Below are positions 23,900 to 35,709 of a DNA stretch of 64,000 nt, in pieces. The position numbers were made by a program, and so were the translations under genes. Each line of letters begins with the position of its first letter. Position 1 is the first letter of the stretch. This DNA comes from Phoronis australis (Eukaryota; Animalia; Phoronida), in contig NMRA01000523.1 of NCBI GenBank assembly GCA_002633005.1, forward strand, positions 125,790 to 189,789. Direction: 5' to 3'. A model generated the notes under the pieces. That model ran no database searches. It was not told the DNA's origin and saw nothing but the letters and a program-made list of their open reading frames with translations.

Positions 23900-26800
23900 C
23901 CTGACTACCTACAGGCAAAAACAAAAAAGCTGCTCATGCAAGTTGATTCGGCAGCAACATGCAACACACTTCCATCAAACATGTATCAAAAATTGCCCCA
24001 GTAAACACATTAGTTTCATCCAAAGCAAAGATTTTCCCATACTCAGGCAGCCCAATAAGACCGACTGGGAGACAGTCACTGACATGTGAGGGTAACAAAA
24101 CCTTTGAACCCCAGGTGAATTTCAAGTCATAGACCTCAATGACATCCCAAGCAAGCCTGCACTTCTCTCTGGAGTAGCCAGTGAAAAATTGGGCCTCATT
24201 ACCTTTCACCAGTTCAAAATATTTTCCTCTGATGGCACAAGCATCAACAGTCAAACCATCATCTACATGACCTGTCCTCTGCAAAGCCACCACAGCCCTT
24301 GCACGATACCTTAACCCCTGGTAAAATTACTAAATCCCAGTTAACGGCTAACTTCAAGGAAAATTTCACGGGTCTTGGGAAAATTGGTAAACCTGTGAAA
24401 TTCACTCTTGATGCCTCAGTACCCCTCATTCATGCTAGAATACATAGAATACCGGTAGGGAAAATGGATCAGGTTGAGGAAAGGCTCACGGCAATGGTCC
24501 ATGCTGGCAAAGTAATGAAAGTAGAAGAGCCGACTGGCTGGTGTAGCAATATGACAGTGCGAGAACGCAAACGTCCCGACGGCTCAACTAAAATACGCAT
24601 ATGTCTTGACCCGAGTCAAACGCTAAACAACGCAATTGTCATCCCAAAATACCAGATACCCACACTAGATGAAATACTCCCCTATTTGTCTGGTAAGAGA
24701 TTCAAGACATTCTCAATATTTGATGCTCTTGATGGTTTTACCCAGGCTGAATTCGATGAAACGTCTTGTAAACTAACAACCATGCACACACCTTGGGGAC
24801 GATTTCAATGGTTACGCTTACCCTATGGTGTAAGCTGTGCCCCAGAAGAATTCCAGCTTAGAATACATGAGGCCTTGGCAGGCCTAGAAGGCATATACTC
24901 CATGGCAGATAACATACTTGTTGTAGGTCAAGGTAACTCTCGGGAAGAGGCTGATCAAACCCATGACTTAAGAGTGTTGTCCCTTATGGACAGGGCCAAA
25001 GAACGCGGCCTAAAACTTAACCCTGAGAATATACAATACAAAATGCAAACAAGCTCATTCATGGGTTCTGTGATCACAGAACAAGGCGTCCAGGTTGACC
25101 CCAATAAGGTCAGAGCCATCACGGACATACCCGTCCCAAATGACAAGAAAGCTCTACTAAGATTCTGTGGCATGGTTAACTACCTCAACAATTTCTGTCC
25201 TAATCTTTCACAACCATACAACCACTTTTTGAAATCACGAGAGATGGCCAAGAATTCATATGGTCAGACAAACATCGAAGAGCCTTTATGGCAGCAAACA
25301 ACCTCATATCTACAGCGCCCTGTGTCGCCTTCTTTGACAGAGCGAAAGACATCACACTACAAGTACAAGCCTCCAAAGGAGGTCTAGGTGGCGCGCTTTT
25401 GCAGCCCAATGACTCGGGAAAACTTCAGCCAGTGGCTTTTACCTCCTACAAAATGCGCCCAAATGAGGAAACTTGGTCAGCAATGGAAAAGGAATGTCTG
25501 GCAATCGCAGCAACTTGCGACAAATGGGACCTTTGGCTTTATGGCCAAAGAGTTACCATCCACAGCGACCACCAACCTCTCGAAACAATCTTCAAGAAGC
25601 CTCTTCATTCTGCTCCCCAAAGACTTCAGCGAATGATGATGAGACTCCAACGATATTATCTCAGAGTTGTTCATAAAAAGGGGTCCACGATGTACATTGC
25701 AGATACCCTTTCAAGGGTAACGTTAGACACTGTCAATGATTGTACACAAACCAATCTTGAGGTGTTTCGCCTCAACCTAGAAGAAGACGCAATGAGCACA
25801 ATTGGTTGTTTTAAATCACAAACATTTGATGAAATAAAACGTCACACCTCAACAGACCCTGTTATGATGTCTCTTATCAGAACAATTATTCCAGGCTGGC
25901 CAGACCAAAAGTCGTTGTTAGAGACTGGTCTTTCCCCTTTTTGGACGTTCAGGGAGGAACTGAGCGTTTTTGTCTATCGAGTTGTCTATCGAGGGTCTAA
26001 GATAGTTATACCACAACCTCTTCGTAAACAGATGCTCAACAAGATTCACATTGCACATTTTGGTCCACAGTCGAACATACGTATGTCTAAAGACATTTTG
26101 TTCTGGCCTGAAATGAAGAGCGAAATACATGTACGTGACATGGCTGAAGCATGTGGTAAATGTGCACAATTCAAAGCTCAGTATACTAAAGACCCCATGA
26201 TGACCCAGCCTGTTCCATCCTATCCCTGGCAGTTTGTTAGCCAAGACCTGTGTACTTTCGAGTCAAACAACTATCTCATAACAGTAGACCATTACTCAGA
26301 CTTCATTGAAGTCGATGAACTAGACAACACACTAGCTAGTACAATAGTTGACAAAACGGAGGCACATCGAGCACGTCATGGGATACCTGAAATTTTATTG
26401 ACAGATAATGGCCCTCAGTTCATTGCATGGGATTTTGAAGCCATGTGTTACAAACACAACATACTACATATAACTAGCTCTCCTTACTGGCCTCAGGGCA
26501 ACGCAAAGGCTGAAGCCTTTGTCAAAATTATCAAATCAATGCTGAAAAAGGCTGGAAAGCCCAACTTGCAACTGGCATTGCTCAATCATAGGAACACACC
26601 ACCGCAGGGCCACTCTGTTAGCCCGGCACAGCGTAGCATGGGAAGACGCACTCGAGGTCTTCTACCCATGTCCCGTAAGCAACTCCTACCCATTTGCCAG
26701 GACCAGTCGCAAGTCCCTGACATTATAGCTAAAAAAGGCCCAAGCTAAGGCCTCATACGACAAACGTTTGGGAAACAACAGATCCGAGAATGACTTAGTG

Positions 26801-26990
26801 CATGTTGGCAACTTTGTCTTCGTGAAACCACCGCCTCACAAAAAGTCACAACCGTGGCAATATGGAGTCGTGACGGAAATTCCAACTCCACGGTCTTAAA
26901 TTGTAGACACGCCAACCGGCATTTCGCGATGGAACAGACGTCATGTATAATTAGAGGCTCCTCCACCAAAAGGAACACTTGTTCCTAAAT
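23900..26990 (+). pseudogene. pol: pol (protease, RT, RNase H, integrase), disrupted
   Basis: Protease MQVDSAATCN; RT IRICLDP, FDALDGF, RLPYGVSCAPEEFQ with the YxDD site degraded to MADN; RNase H QASKGGLGGALLQ, EKECLAI, SDHQPL; integrase H-H-C-C and DL...TDNGPQF...AE. Several frameshifts. Confidence 0.95.
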
Positions 26991-27325
26991 CATGGAACCC
27001 GCGAGCATCCAACACACATATGCCACAACCAACCTTACCCTGATACACAAAAAGAGCCCCAAATGCCAAACCTAACGTCTGTTCCCCGTCCACCTTCCCA
27101 GCTCATTGCCAACACATTACTACCTTATGATTCTGTCAAGGATGCCAGTCAGCCCATGCCAGATTCATCGTCTGAATCCTTCAAGGAACCCAATATGACC
27201 AGGTCAGGGCGTGTCTCCAAACCCCCACGAAGGCTGATAGAGACAATATAGAATTCTTAGTGTTTTAAGTACGCATAGTATTTTAAGAGACTTTCTATGC
27301 ATACGATTTTTTTAAGGAAAGGGGA

Positions 27326-27445
27326 TGTTGAGAGCCTCTCTCTGTATACGTTAGAGGGCGACACGATTGTCCGTCATCTTTAGAATAAACGACTTGAACG
27401 CAGTGTTGTGTTTGTCCGAACAAAAGCCAAACTCACGGCTTAACT
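27326..27445 (+). repeat. 3' LTR
   Basis: Follows the PPT; direct repeat of the 5' LTR with several substitutions. Confidence 0.9.
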
Positions 27446-27998
27446 CATGAACATGATTACATAAACTGCAAATAAAATTTCGAACATAAGCGGCATATTA
27501 TCGAAACTTTGAACATTGGGTATGCAAACATATTTTACAAATTCTCTAATTCTATTTCCAATCATACGTCGAGTAACGATTTAGGAGATTGCACTGAGTT
27601 AAAAATTTACTGAAAAGATTTTAAAAGAAATCATAACATTCACTGATTTCATTGTCCTAAATTGCTTCGCCAAAACTCTTCAAACATGAGTTTTAGAAGA
27701 CATACTCACGACATTGCGTATAGAATATTACCTCAAAATACCTTAGTGGCGTGCTCCAGAAAATGTATTACAACGCACACTTCACGCCCTAAATACTCGC
27801 TATATCGTGAAAACATCCACCGAACAACACTAGCAGATGCCAAGGCATGGCAAGGCTATATCTAAGTACTTTATTAGTTAAAACCCCGTCGGACAATTGT
27901 ACCTTCAAACACAAATGATTTGCCGAAAACAAAAAGCAGAATTGGGGCCGTTTCAAAAAGTATGATTTAAGATTGACGAATTAATAAACAGTGGCACC

Positions 27999-28304
27999 CA
28001 GTGGCGGATTTAGGGGGACCAAGGGGGCCATGCCCCCCTAAAATTGTACCAGATACCATTCGGAGTTCGGGTGCAAATTACTGACTAGCACATGCGCGCA
28101 ACCGAGGGGGCTCGGGGGGTGAATAAACAATGCATAGGCCCTGAACAAACCCCCGTTTACCGTTTTTTTTTAGTCAACAGGTCTGCAAACCCAAAATTCG
28201 AGACCCCTGCATCCCCACATTTTAGGCTGGGCGCGCGTTTGCCGAAATTCTGGTTATTCCTATGCCCTGCCCCTCCCCAACTAGAAATCCTGGATCCGCC
28301 CCTG
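27999..28304. mobile_element. hAT-like MITE (CAGTGGCGGAT...ATCCGCCCCTG) with a nested CATGCGCGC MITE
   Basis: TIRs cagtggcggatttagg / ctggatccgcccctg; flanks ggcac(c)/ggcac; nested element at ~28090-28239. Confidence 0.7.
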
Positions 28305-29690
28305 GGCACTTGAAAGTCGAAATCATGTTTTTGTTTTCGTTTTTGAAAATATTTCTGGAGATAACAACGTGTTGAGAGTATAGAATATTCGCCCACTGAT
28401 AAGTTGCACGAGTTTTACAGAAAAAATCATGTGAAAATTCAATATAATTTAAGTTACGTTTTATTATTCACAATTTTTAACAAACAAATGCAGAAAACAA
28501 CTGGAAAGTACTTGAACATGCTTTAACTCAAAGTTTGAGGCTACTGACATCGTCTCAGAAAATTTTTAAAAATTATCCGGGCTTCCTCTCCGTTCCCCGT
28601 TGATCCTGTTTTTAGAGGTCGGGCTCGTGTTTTAAAGGCCGGTGTTCGTGTTTTTGGGCTAGTTAGCTGTTTTGAAGGTGCGACAGACTGTTTTAGATTC
28701 CGGGAAATCTATTTTACACCGGGGTTCCAGTTTCGGTGGAACACCTTGTACCTGTTGCTTATTAAAAAAATAAGCGGGGCGGTGTGTGAAAAGCGGTTTC
28801 AAGAATGATCGTGGCCTTGAAACGTTAAGTGGCGATTTATTTAAAACATTTTAGACACAGTTGAGGTCTTGTTTAAGCGTGAAGATTTTGGTATGGCTGA
28901 AAAATATCGTTTCACACGTGTCGGTAAATCGCACTACATAATCTCAACGGCCTTTGTCAGTTCTCAAATCGAAAACTGACGATTTTTAAATTGACGTTGA
29001 TTAGCTATGTGAAACATATCAACTAAATTTGTTACTCAGCATTTTACAGTGATAACAATCCTAAATTTTGGTCATTTATACATGTACCAAGCGTCAAATC
29101 TTAAACCCACTCCGGAACAGGTTAAGTTTCGGTCTTAGATTAGACCGATTACACTCATTTGTTCCTAAGAAATTTCATGAAACGGGGCTAAAACCTTTTT
29201 TCCTTACGTTAGCCTTATTTTTTGTCCACTAAGACTGAACAAGTTTTGTGAAATGGGCCCCAGAATGTGTTATCATTAGCGTTATCTGTTTAGTATGTGC
29301 AATTTCCCTGAATGTATTTTATCATCTCATTCTCTCTATGAAACAATAAAAATGTTGTTCAATTGAATAGATTGCGGTGTAACGTTCAACCATCCCCAAT
29401 GAACTATTGCCTAAACAATGTATCGCACTGTTTTCTCACTAGTGATCACCACCTGTGGTGCTCCGCATGGTTGATCACCAAATTCAAACAACTCGATCAG
29501 TTTATAAATATTTGCTGTTCAAAAGCCGACAATAGCAATTTTATTATACGACAATAACAACATGTACGTGTATCTGTTTATCATCGCCATATTCACTGCG
29601 TAACTTAATTTATACCACAATATTAGCCTCGAATGGCAGATACAACTGTGTAATAACCCATGAGGTTATCTCACTAGTGAGATAACATAT

Positions 29691-29763
29691 TGGCGGGAAA
29701 CCGAGGCCGGTTTCGAACCCGGGCCTCAAGAGTTTCGAGTCGCCGACTTTACCACTACACCAC
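29691..29763 (-). mobile_element. tRNA-derived sequence, likely SINE head (Pol III A and B boxes)
   Basis: Minus strand gtggtgtagtggtaaag...gggttcgaaaccgg: A box TGGTGTAGTGG and B box GGTTCGAAACC at tRNA-like spacing. No convincing acceptor stem seen. Confidence 0.6.
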
Positions 29764-30300
29764 TCATCGAACGTGAAAACGGAATACTTACATGTAAATG
29801 AGCAACAATCGCATGTTCAGCACTGACATTTATACGCTATGAAAAATAAGACGCATAATTTCCATAAAAACGATATGTTAATTCAGTGAAATTTTTCTCT
29901 CGTGATCTCTCACTTGTAAATCACCGATCTCCAATTTGAATGCGGGTATCGTGTCATCGGGATCCTTTGACTTGAGTATTGTACTCAGTTACTAGTGGTA
30001 ACCTACTTTAGCAGACGATATTTTCCCGGTCGAAGCTTATGTAAATAAATAGATAAAATGTGTAGTAAGCTATAATAGTTGCTAAACCTTAATTTCTAGA
30101 TTCATTTTATTTCTATTTTGTTTTATCAATTGGTTTTGAGTAAAAGCATTATTTGACAAAAATAGCTCGGCTTTTCTTAAAAGGTCACGCACGACCTCCG
30201 ACCACGGGCCTCTGACATAGAAAGTAGTTACAAAGCCGAGGCGAGTCGAAAAAGGTAGATCGATTCATTGCAATGTTTCTCGTTCAGTATGTGGTATAAA

Positions 30301-30462
30301 TAGATTATTACATGTTCTCAGTCGTTATCCCCCTTATCTAGAGCCCTCGTGGATTTTGTAGAATTATCACTCTCAGGGCTAACGCCCCTCGGGCGATAAT
30401 TCTCCAAAATCCACTCGGGCTGTAGATAACGGGGGATAACGACTTCGCCATGTAATAATCTA
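30301..30462. repeat. ~160-bp palindromic foldback element
   Basis: tagattattacatg..agtcgttatcccc..gtggatttt / aaaatccac..ggggataacgact..catgtaataatcta, with a central small hairpin cgccc-ctc-gggcg. Confidence 0.85.
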
Positions 30463-32007
30463 CATTTCTCACCTGACCTGGAATGTGTTACGACACGGCT
30501 GGTTATTATCACCGAGTACGTAATATTCTTGATATTACATGGTTAAATAACAAAGTAGTGCAAAGTACAAATTCATACGCTTACATTTTATCGCCATCAA
30601 AACACTAAAACCACCAAACGCGCACCAACCATACAATACCGGGCGGAATTTCAAGAAGGTGACAAGAATTCAGAAATCGTGTGTCCCAACTGGACGTACT
30701 CTCAGTCGGAAGGACACAAACAACTTCTTAAACGGATCCATCTTCGGCGGCGAATTCCATATTCAAGTTCACTCAAACGGAAACGAACCCAGACCTCACG
30801 AAACGCGGCGAGCCAGTCTAGCTGTGCTGTCTCAAGGTCAATTCAGTGGTCACACGCGGAAAAGCCTTGCTGACTTATTTATAAACATTTTTAAGTTTTA
30901 ATATTACAACTTCAAAGACTATTTATTTGATTCTAACTTGGATATGTGCTACGAAAGCTGAATGCAATTTACAATTGTTAAGCTTAAAATAACTATTTAC
31001 AAAAAGTAACTGAATTACTTTATATTGCGCAAGCGTATTCTTACAAAACTTCGTCACGTGGTTGAAAGTTTTAGACACGCCGAGTTTTTCGGCAAAAAAG
31101 ATTGTTTTTTAAGGTTCTTGTGAGAAAACAAATCTTACACTCGTCTCAGGTTTATGACACGGGCAAAACCTTTTGGATTTTTTTCAAACTCCCTCGGCAA
31201 GCCTCGGGATTTTAACGAAATTTCCAAGAGGTAGGATTATATATTTATATATTGTATATTTTCCCACTGCATCATATGTTTCTATGTTCATTTACGAATT
31301 GAGTAAAATCCACCCTGCTTGCGTGTGCACAAACCCAACCCACACCTCCCTCCCTGACTACATCCTTCCTTATCCCCTCTTTATTTCAACGAAATACTGA
31401 TCCTTATCAAAATTGTGACCTTTCGGTATGGTTTTGCAACAGAAATTGTGCATTTTGTAGGTAAATGTACAGCATTCGGTAGAAAAAAGGACTGCCATCT
31501 CAGCAGCGCATCCTGTTCCTTCCGCATAAGTAAGTAATCGTGCCGGGAACAGAGAACAGTCACGTGCTTGCTTCATTTTACAAACAATCTGAAAACCCGA
31601 AAGGCTAGTTTGCTGCTTAAACGCCGAGACATCATGTTTAGGCCGGCGAACTACAGTGTAGACTCGATTCAGTAACGTTTTTATTAACACGACGTAGGGG
31701 TAGTGACTCGTTAGCTTTAGAGGAATTGGAATGCCCTTTCTATGATCTCACTGCGCGAGACCACCATAATATTGCATGAGACAACTATATAGTTAAAAGT
31801 TCAAACGTCTATTTTGAGCAATGAGAAGTCGCATTTACTTCGCGAGGCAACACAAGCGAGTTATCTTACTTAGACCTGGTGAGATTATCTGCTCCGTAAC
31901 CAAGCACATGCAGTATTTTCAAACGAAAAAAACATAGTATTACCATGTCCATCGGTTATCAAGACAAGCGGCTATGTCTGCTGTAGTGCTTTAGATAACC
32001 TCTATTG

Positions 32008-32171
32008 CAGGGGCAGATCAAGTATTTTGAGTTGGGGGGTAGAGTATTAGCTAGACTTTTGCCCGTCAGACACTGGCATTCGCACCCCCGAAGTGCCATG
32101 GAATATGGGAGAATTTTAAGGGGGGGGGGGGCATGGCCCTCTTGCCCCCCCCTCCCCTAAAATCCGCTACT
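32008..32171. mobile_element. hAT-like MITE, degenerate copy of the 40026 family
   Basis: caggggcagatc...gagttggg...agagtattagc...taaaatccgctac matches 40026-40191. Confidence 0.65.
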
Positions 32172-33469
32172 TTTTGTTTTTCTTTCTTGTAAATTTGACG
32201 TTTTTTTGAGCGGCATCACGAAATTCCGTGGATTTCCACGACATGGCATTCGCGGCGCAACTTAGGGGGCAGGGGGGCTATAGCCCTCCATTCATTTCAT
32301 TGCCGGCCCGGTCATTCATGGTGTCGGGCAGTTCTGTATTATCAGAGACGCTGACGAGACAGTCTTCGCCGATAAGACTGTCTCGTATTACACAGCGACA
32401 CCTGCTGAATCTCGCGGTATGTTTATTACATGTACACCGGCAATGCTGAAGCGTCCGCCAAACGGTTCTCTAGCCTTGTTTTCTCTGTTTTTCTTCAAAT
32501 GTGTTGAGCTTTTACTGAATGTCAGTGTAACGCGGCAAGAATTCAAGGCTAATAATGACCAGATTTGACACATTTCATGTTGCTTCCAGTGAAATTCTGG
32601 GTAACAGCACATCAAGAACGCGACAGAACAGTTCAAATGTCTGGACTTAATACTGAAAAAGACAACAATAAGACGAGCCAAGGCTAATGATCACAATTAG
32701 TACAGATATTATCCACGCGCTAAGAGCTTAAAGAGACAGTATTCACAATTGAATACCACGAAAGGGTAAGGTTATTTTAGAAAAGGAATACTGCATTATT
32801 CTGCGAAGTAATTGTGTTCTTAGGAGGAAATCATTTGAAGAATTTAAGCAGCGCGTGAATTTACGATAACCCTAACATCCAATGCATACTGTGCCCATTC
32901 TTTTTGATAAAACTGAATAAACTCGAACAATTACTGCTTTTAATCATGAAATGGTTGTTGTCACATATCCTTGGTTCTAGATATTGACGTAATGTAATGA
33001 TATAAAGTTAGAATGCGTCCAAAAGTTAATGTTTTCGCAAAAATCGACAGACTCCCACGACTATGATACAATGTAAACTCAATTATTACTCAAAGTGTCT
33101 GTTCACCATTTCGGTGTTCTGCTTGATCTTCAACTCACTATGAATCACCACTGTGCTCATCTACATAAAAAATTATAAAAAACTGCTCAACCCATTCAGA
33201 AATCTCTCGAAATTATTTCCAGTTGCCACCTAGAGTTGATTTAATGCTTCCTGATTTTAACTATGCAGATATTTTTTAAAATAAGCTAATTTGACCACAT
33301 TTTGTAAACCCGGTAGACTTCAGTACCAAGCTCATGCTCTTTCTCTGGCTGGGACAGTCAAGGACTTCTAGCACAATGGGACGGTCGAGTCCCTCTAGTT
33401 GCAATGTTTATCAGTGTGCGTTTGTCGCGAGATTTAGCGAGGCCGCCATTTTAAACTGTTTACAGCCGG

Positions 33470-34270
33470 AGCTAAAGAGATATGTCAGTGTCGTGTTTTG
33501 TAATATACCAGCGTAAATAAGAAAGCCTGGAAGATGTTGTGCACCTTCGACTGGACTTCTCTCCCCTTGCTACGGAAACAACACTTGATAATCTATTTAT
33601 ACAAAATTATCCACGAAATTAATAATACATATATTTTAGCTAATATCAATCGGTATGGTCGAGATACTTCTTCTACCCACATTCATCTCAGAACTACTAG
33701 TGAATATACATGTATAGTTCCACGCCACTATCCGCAATTATTAATGAAACTCCGATTATTTTCCGGTTTGCTTTATATGGAATAATGAATCACTGCAACT
33801 TAAAGTGGACCAATCAATGTCAAGCTTAAACAATAGTATTAATGCATTTCTTAAAGGTGAAAGTCTCACACTTCATCCTGTTACTAAAGTATGTTGCTTG
33901 AGTTATACTCCAATTCACAGATTTCTTTCATAAATTTGACAATTTTTCTAATAAATGTACCTGTGGTGCAATTAATAGTGATGCTCACTACTTGCTCTCA
34001 TGCCCGGCCCGTCTATAATGCTGAGAGTGAACAGCTCCTTCCCAACATGCAATCTAACCATCATATCTGGTCACATTTTCAAAATCTTAGTAATTGGCTT
34101 GGAAAAATCTGCTTTCTTTTATATGGTTGCCACGTTTTAAATCACGACTGTAATGCTATGTTATTTAGAAACTTTAGGGACTTTCTTTCTAAATGTCGTA
34201 ATAAGGAACTGCATTAATACTTACACTGAGCTTTTTGTTTTTGTTTTGTTTTTATTTTGTATTTTTGTGT
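33470..34270 (+). mobile_element. Decayed 3' fragment of a non-LTR retrotransposon ORF2 (CR1/L2-group-like)
   Basis: ML..FDWTSL..LRKQHL...YKII, then CTCG.....HYLLSCP zinc motif and LLYG.....N..LF....F, followed by a (ttttg)-rich tail. This block is absent from the paralogous position near 11200. Confidence 0.6.
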
Positions 34271-34499
34271 ATTATTCTTATGTAAGTATGGTGTCCTCTA
34301 TTATCATATGATTTTGTTCTTGTCTTTTGTTTTCTTTACTTTTGTTATATTTGTCCAATGTTTTGCTTTTCTTAAGTAAGTCATTGTTCGTAATTAAAAG
34401 TTTGGATACAATGGTTCGCTTCTGGGCTGAATAATTGTAGCAACAAAAAAGAATATTTGAAGACCTATTCATCAAGATCGTCTCTTACAATTACATGTA

Positions 34500-35709
34500 T
34501 ACATGTACATACAGCTTTGACGTCGTGTTGGAGATGGGTAAGGGCTGCAACAGGATCTCTGTTTGGATTCTAGTGAGAAAAGAAAATATGATCAGAATTT
34601 TTCATTTCATCTATGTAAGTACAGGGGCACAGAAAAAAAATGTCAATTCTTTGTGAATGCTTTAAAAATGAACCTATCTGTCCTGCGTCATTGTTCAGGA
34701 ACTTTATAGTAACGTTTTCATGCCTTGTGTGCATCTATTGATATTTAACAATACTCAAAACGATTATTATGGTCACATCATTGTGGTTCACGAGTCTGTT
34801 TATGACGTACAAGAATGCACATACATACATTAACTGATAACGATATAGTAAGTTAAGGATGATTCCACGGGTCACCCGTAACGAACAAAAATGCAGTTGA
34901 ATCAGCTGAATTTATTATTGTAACCGAATCCCCGATTTTTATCACCCTAGTGCTATTCGAAATATTGTGTTGGACGAAGAGTAACGAAGCGGAATCGCTC
35001 TTTACAAAAGTCGTTTGCCTATTACGCTTTAACAATGGAGTTCACCTTCAGTAAGTTACATGTATGTAGTATGAGGTGGAAAATAGCCAGACTGAAAACT
35101 CGACTTGAGAGCGGCAACAAAAAAGTTCTGGAGCAGTTTGCTTCGGGTAACTGTTATCAAATCGTTCTCCACAGATCTTGGTACAAGTCAGAGTGGTTGT
35201 ACATGTACATCGTAGTCTGTTCTTGAGTCCACCGAGCGTTTCATGTATGAAGATCCAGAATTTCCAGATCTTGACTCTTGGCTCTCGTCACGTGCGCCAA
35301 CGATGCCTCGGGCACCCCCTTGCTGTCCACCGCCTCTTTGACCATCTACATCTACAAATCAGATAAAAATGAGGTATACTTACAAATGTACATAGCTGTC
35401 GAAGCAAACTCACAAGAATTCACTGTCACAGTAAATTGCGCAGCATAGGTCTCAACGATTATGAAGGATGTCTGCCTTTGTAGTTTCGAAAACGATTTAA
35501 TCTATTGGTTGACGTATTACACCCATGTCCCTGTGTACGTTACGTAAACCAAATCCAGGTAACTTAGTATATACTGTGACCAAAAAGCACCAACACTGTA
35601 GTAATTCGTAGTAAAAGGCCGACAATAAAAAGAAATCTTTACCTGATTCACTGATCAAAATCAGCAGCACCAGCGCTACAACAAATGAAAATTTTACCCA
35701 TTTCCTCAT
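34500..35709 (-). pseudogene. Truncated third paralog of the Shisa-like gene
   Basis: Intact 67-nt exon 35709-35643 (MRKWVKFSFVVALVLLILISES, donor gtaaag). Diverged exon 2 from ~35345 (DGQRGGGQQGGARG...SRSGNSGSS) is fused by a deletion to intron-2 sequence near 35250, losing the donor. Intron-2 homology continues to ~34500. Exons 3-7 were not found. Confidence 0.8.

Larger units (their letters stand above)
22765..27445 (+). mobile_element. Full-length degenerate Ty3/gypsy LTR retrotransposon (Mag-like)
   Basis: LTRs at 22765-22882 and 27326-27445. PBS tggtgtcagga at 22883 (tRNA-Leu-like). PPT aaggaaagggga at 27314-27325. Flanks cgtg/catg are a possible 4-bp TSD with one mismatch. Domain order is gag-PR-RT-RH-IN. 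Confidence 0.95.
11425..34698. repeat. Tandem segmental duplication, unit 2 (expanded by TE insertions)
   Basis: Homologous to 541-11424. The extra length is largely explained by insertions at 12134, 16108, 17316, ~18750-21287, 22765-27445, 27999 and ~33010-34490. Confidence 0.88.

Noticed and set aside
29691-29763. Functional tRNA gene
   Set aside because: A and B boxes are present but no convincing 7-bp acceptor stem could be built; treated as tRNA-derived.
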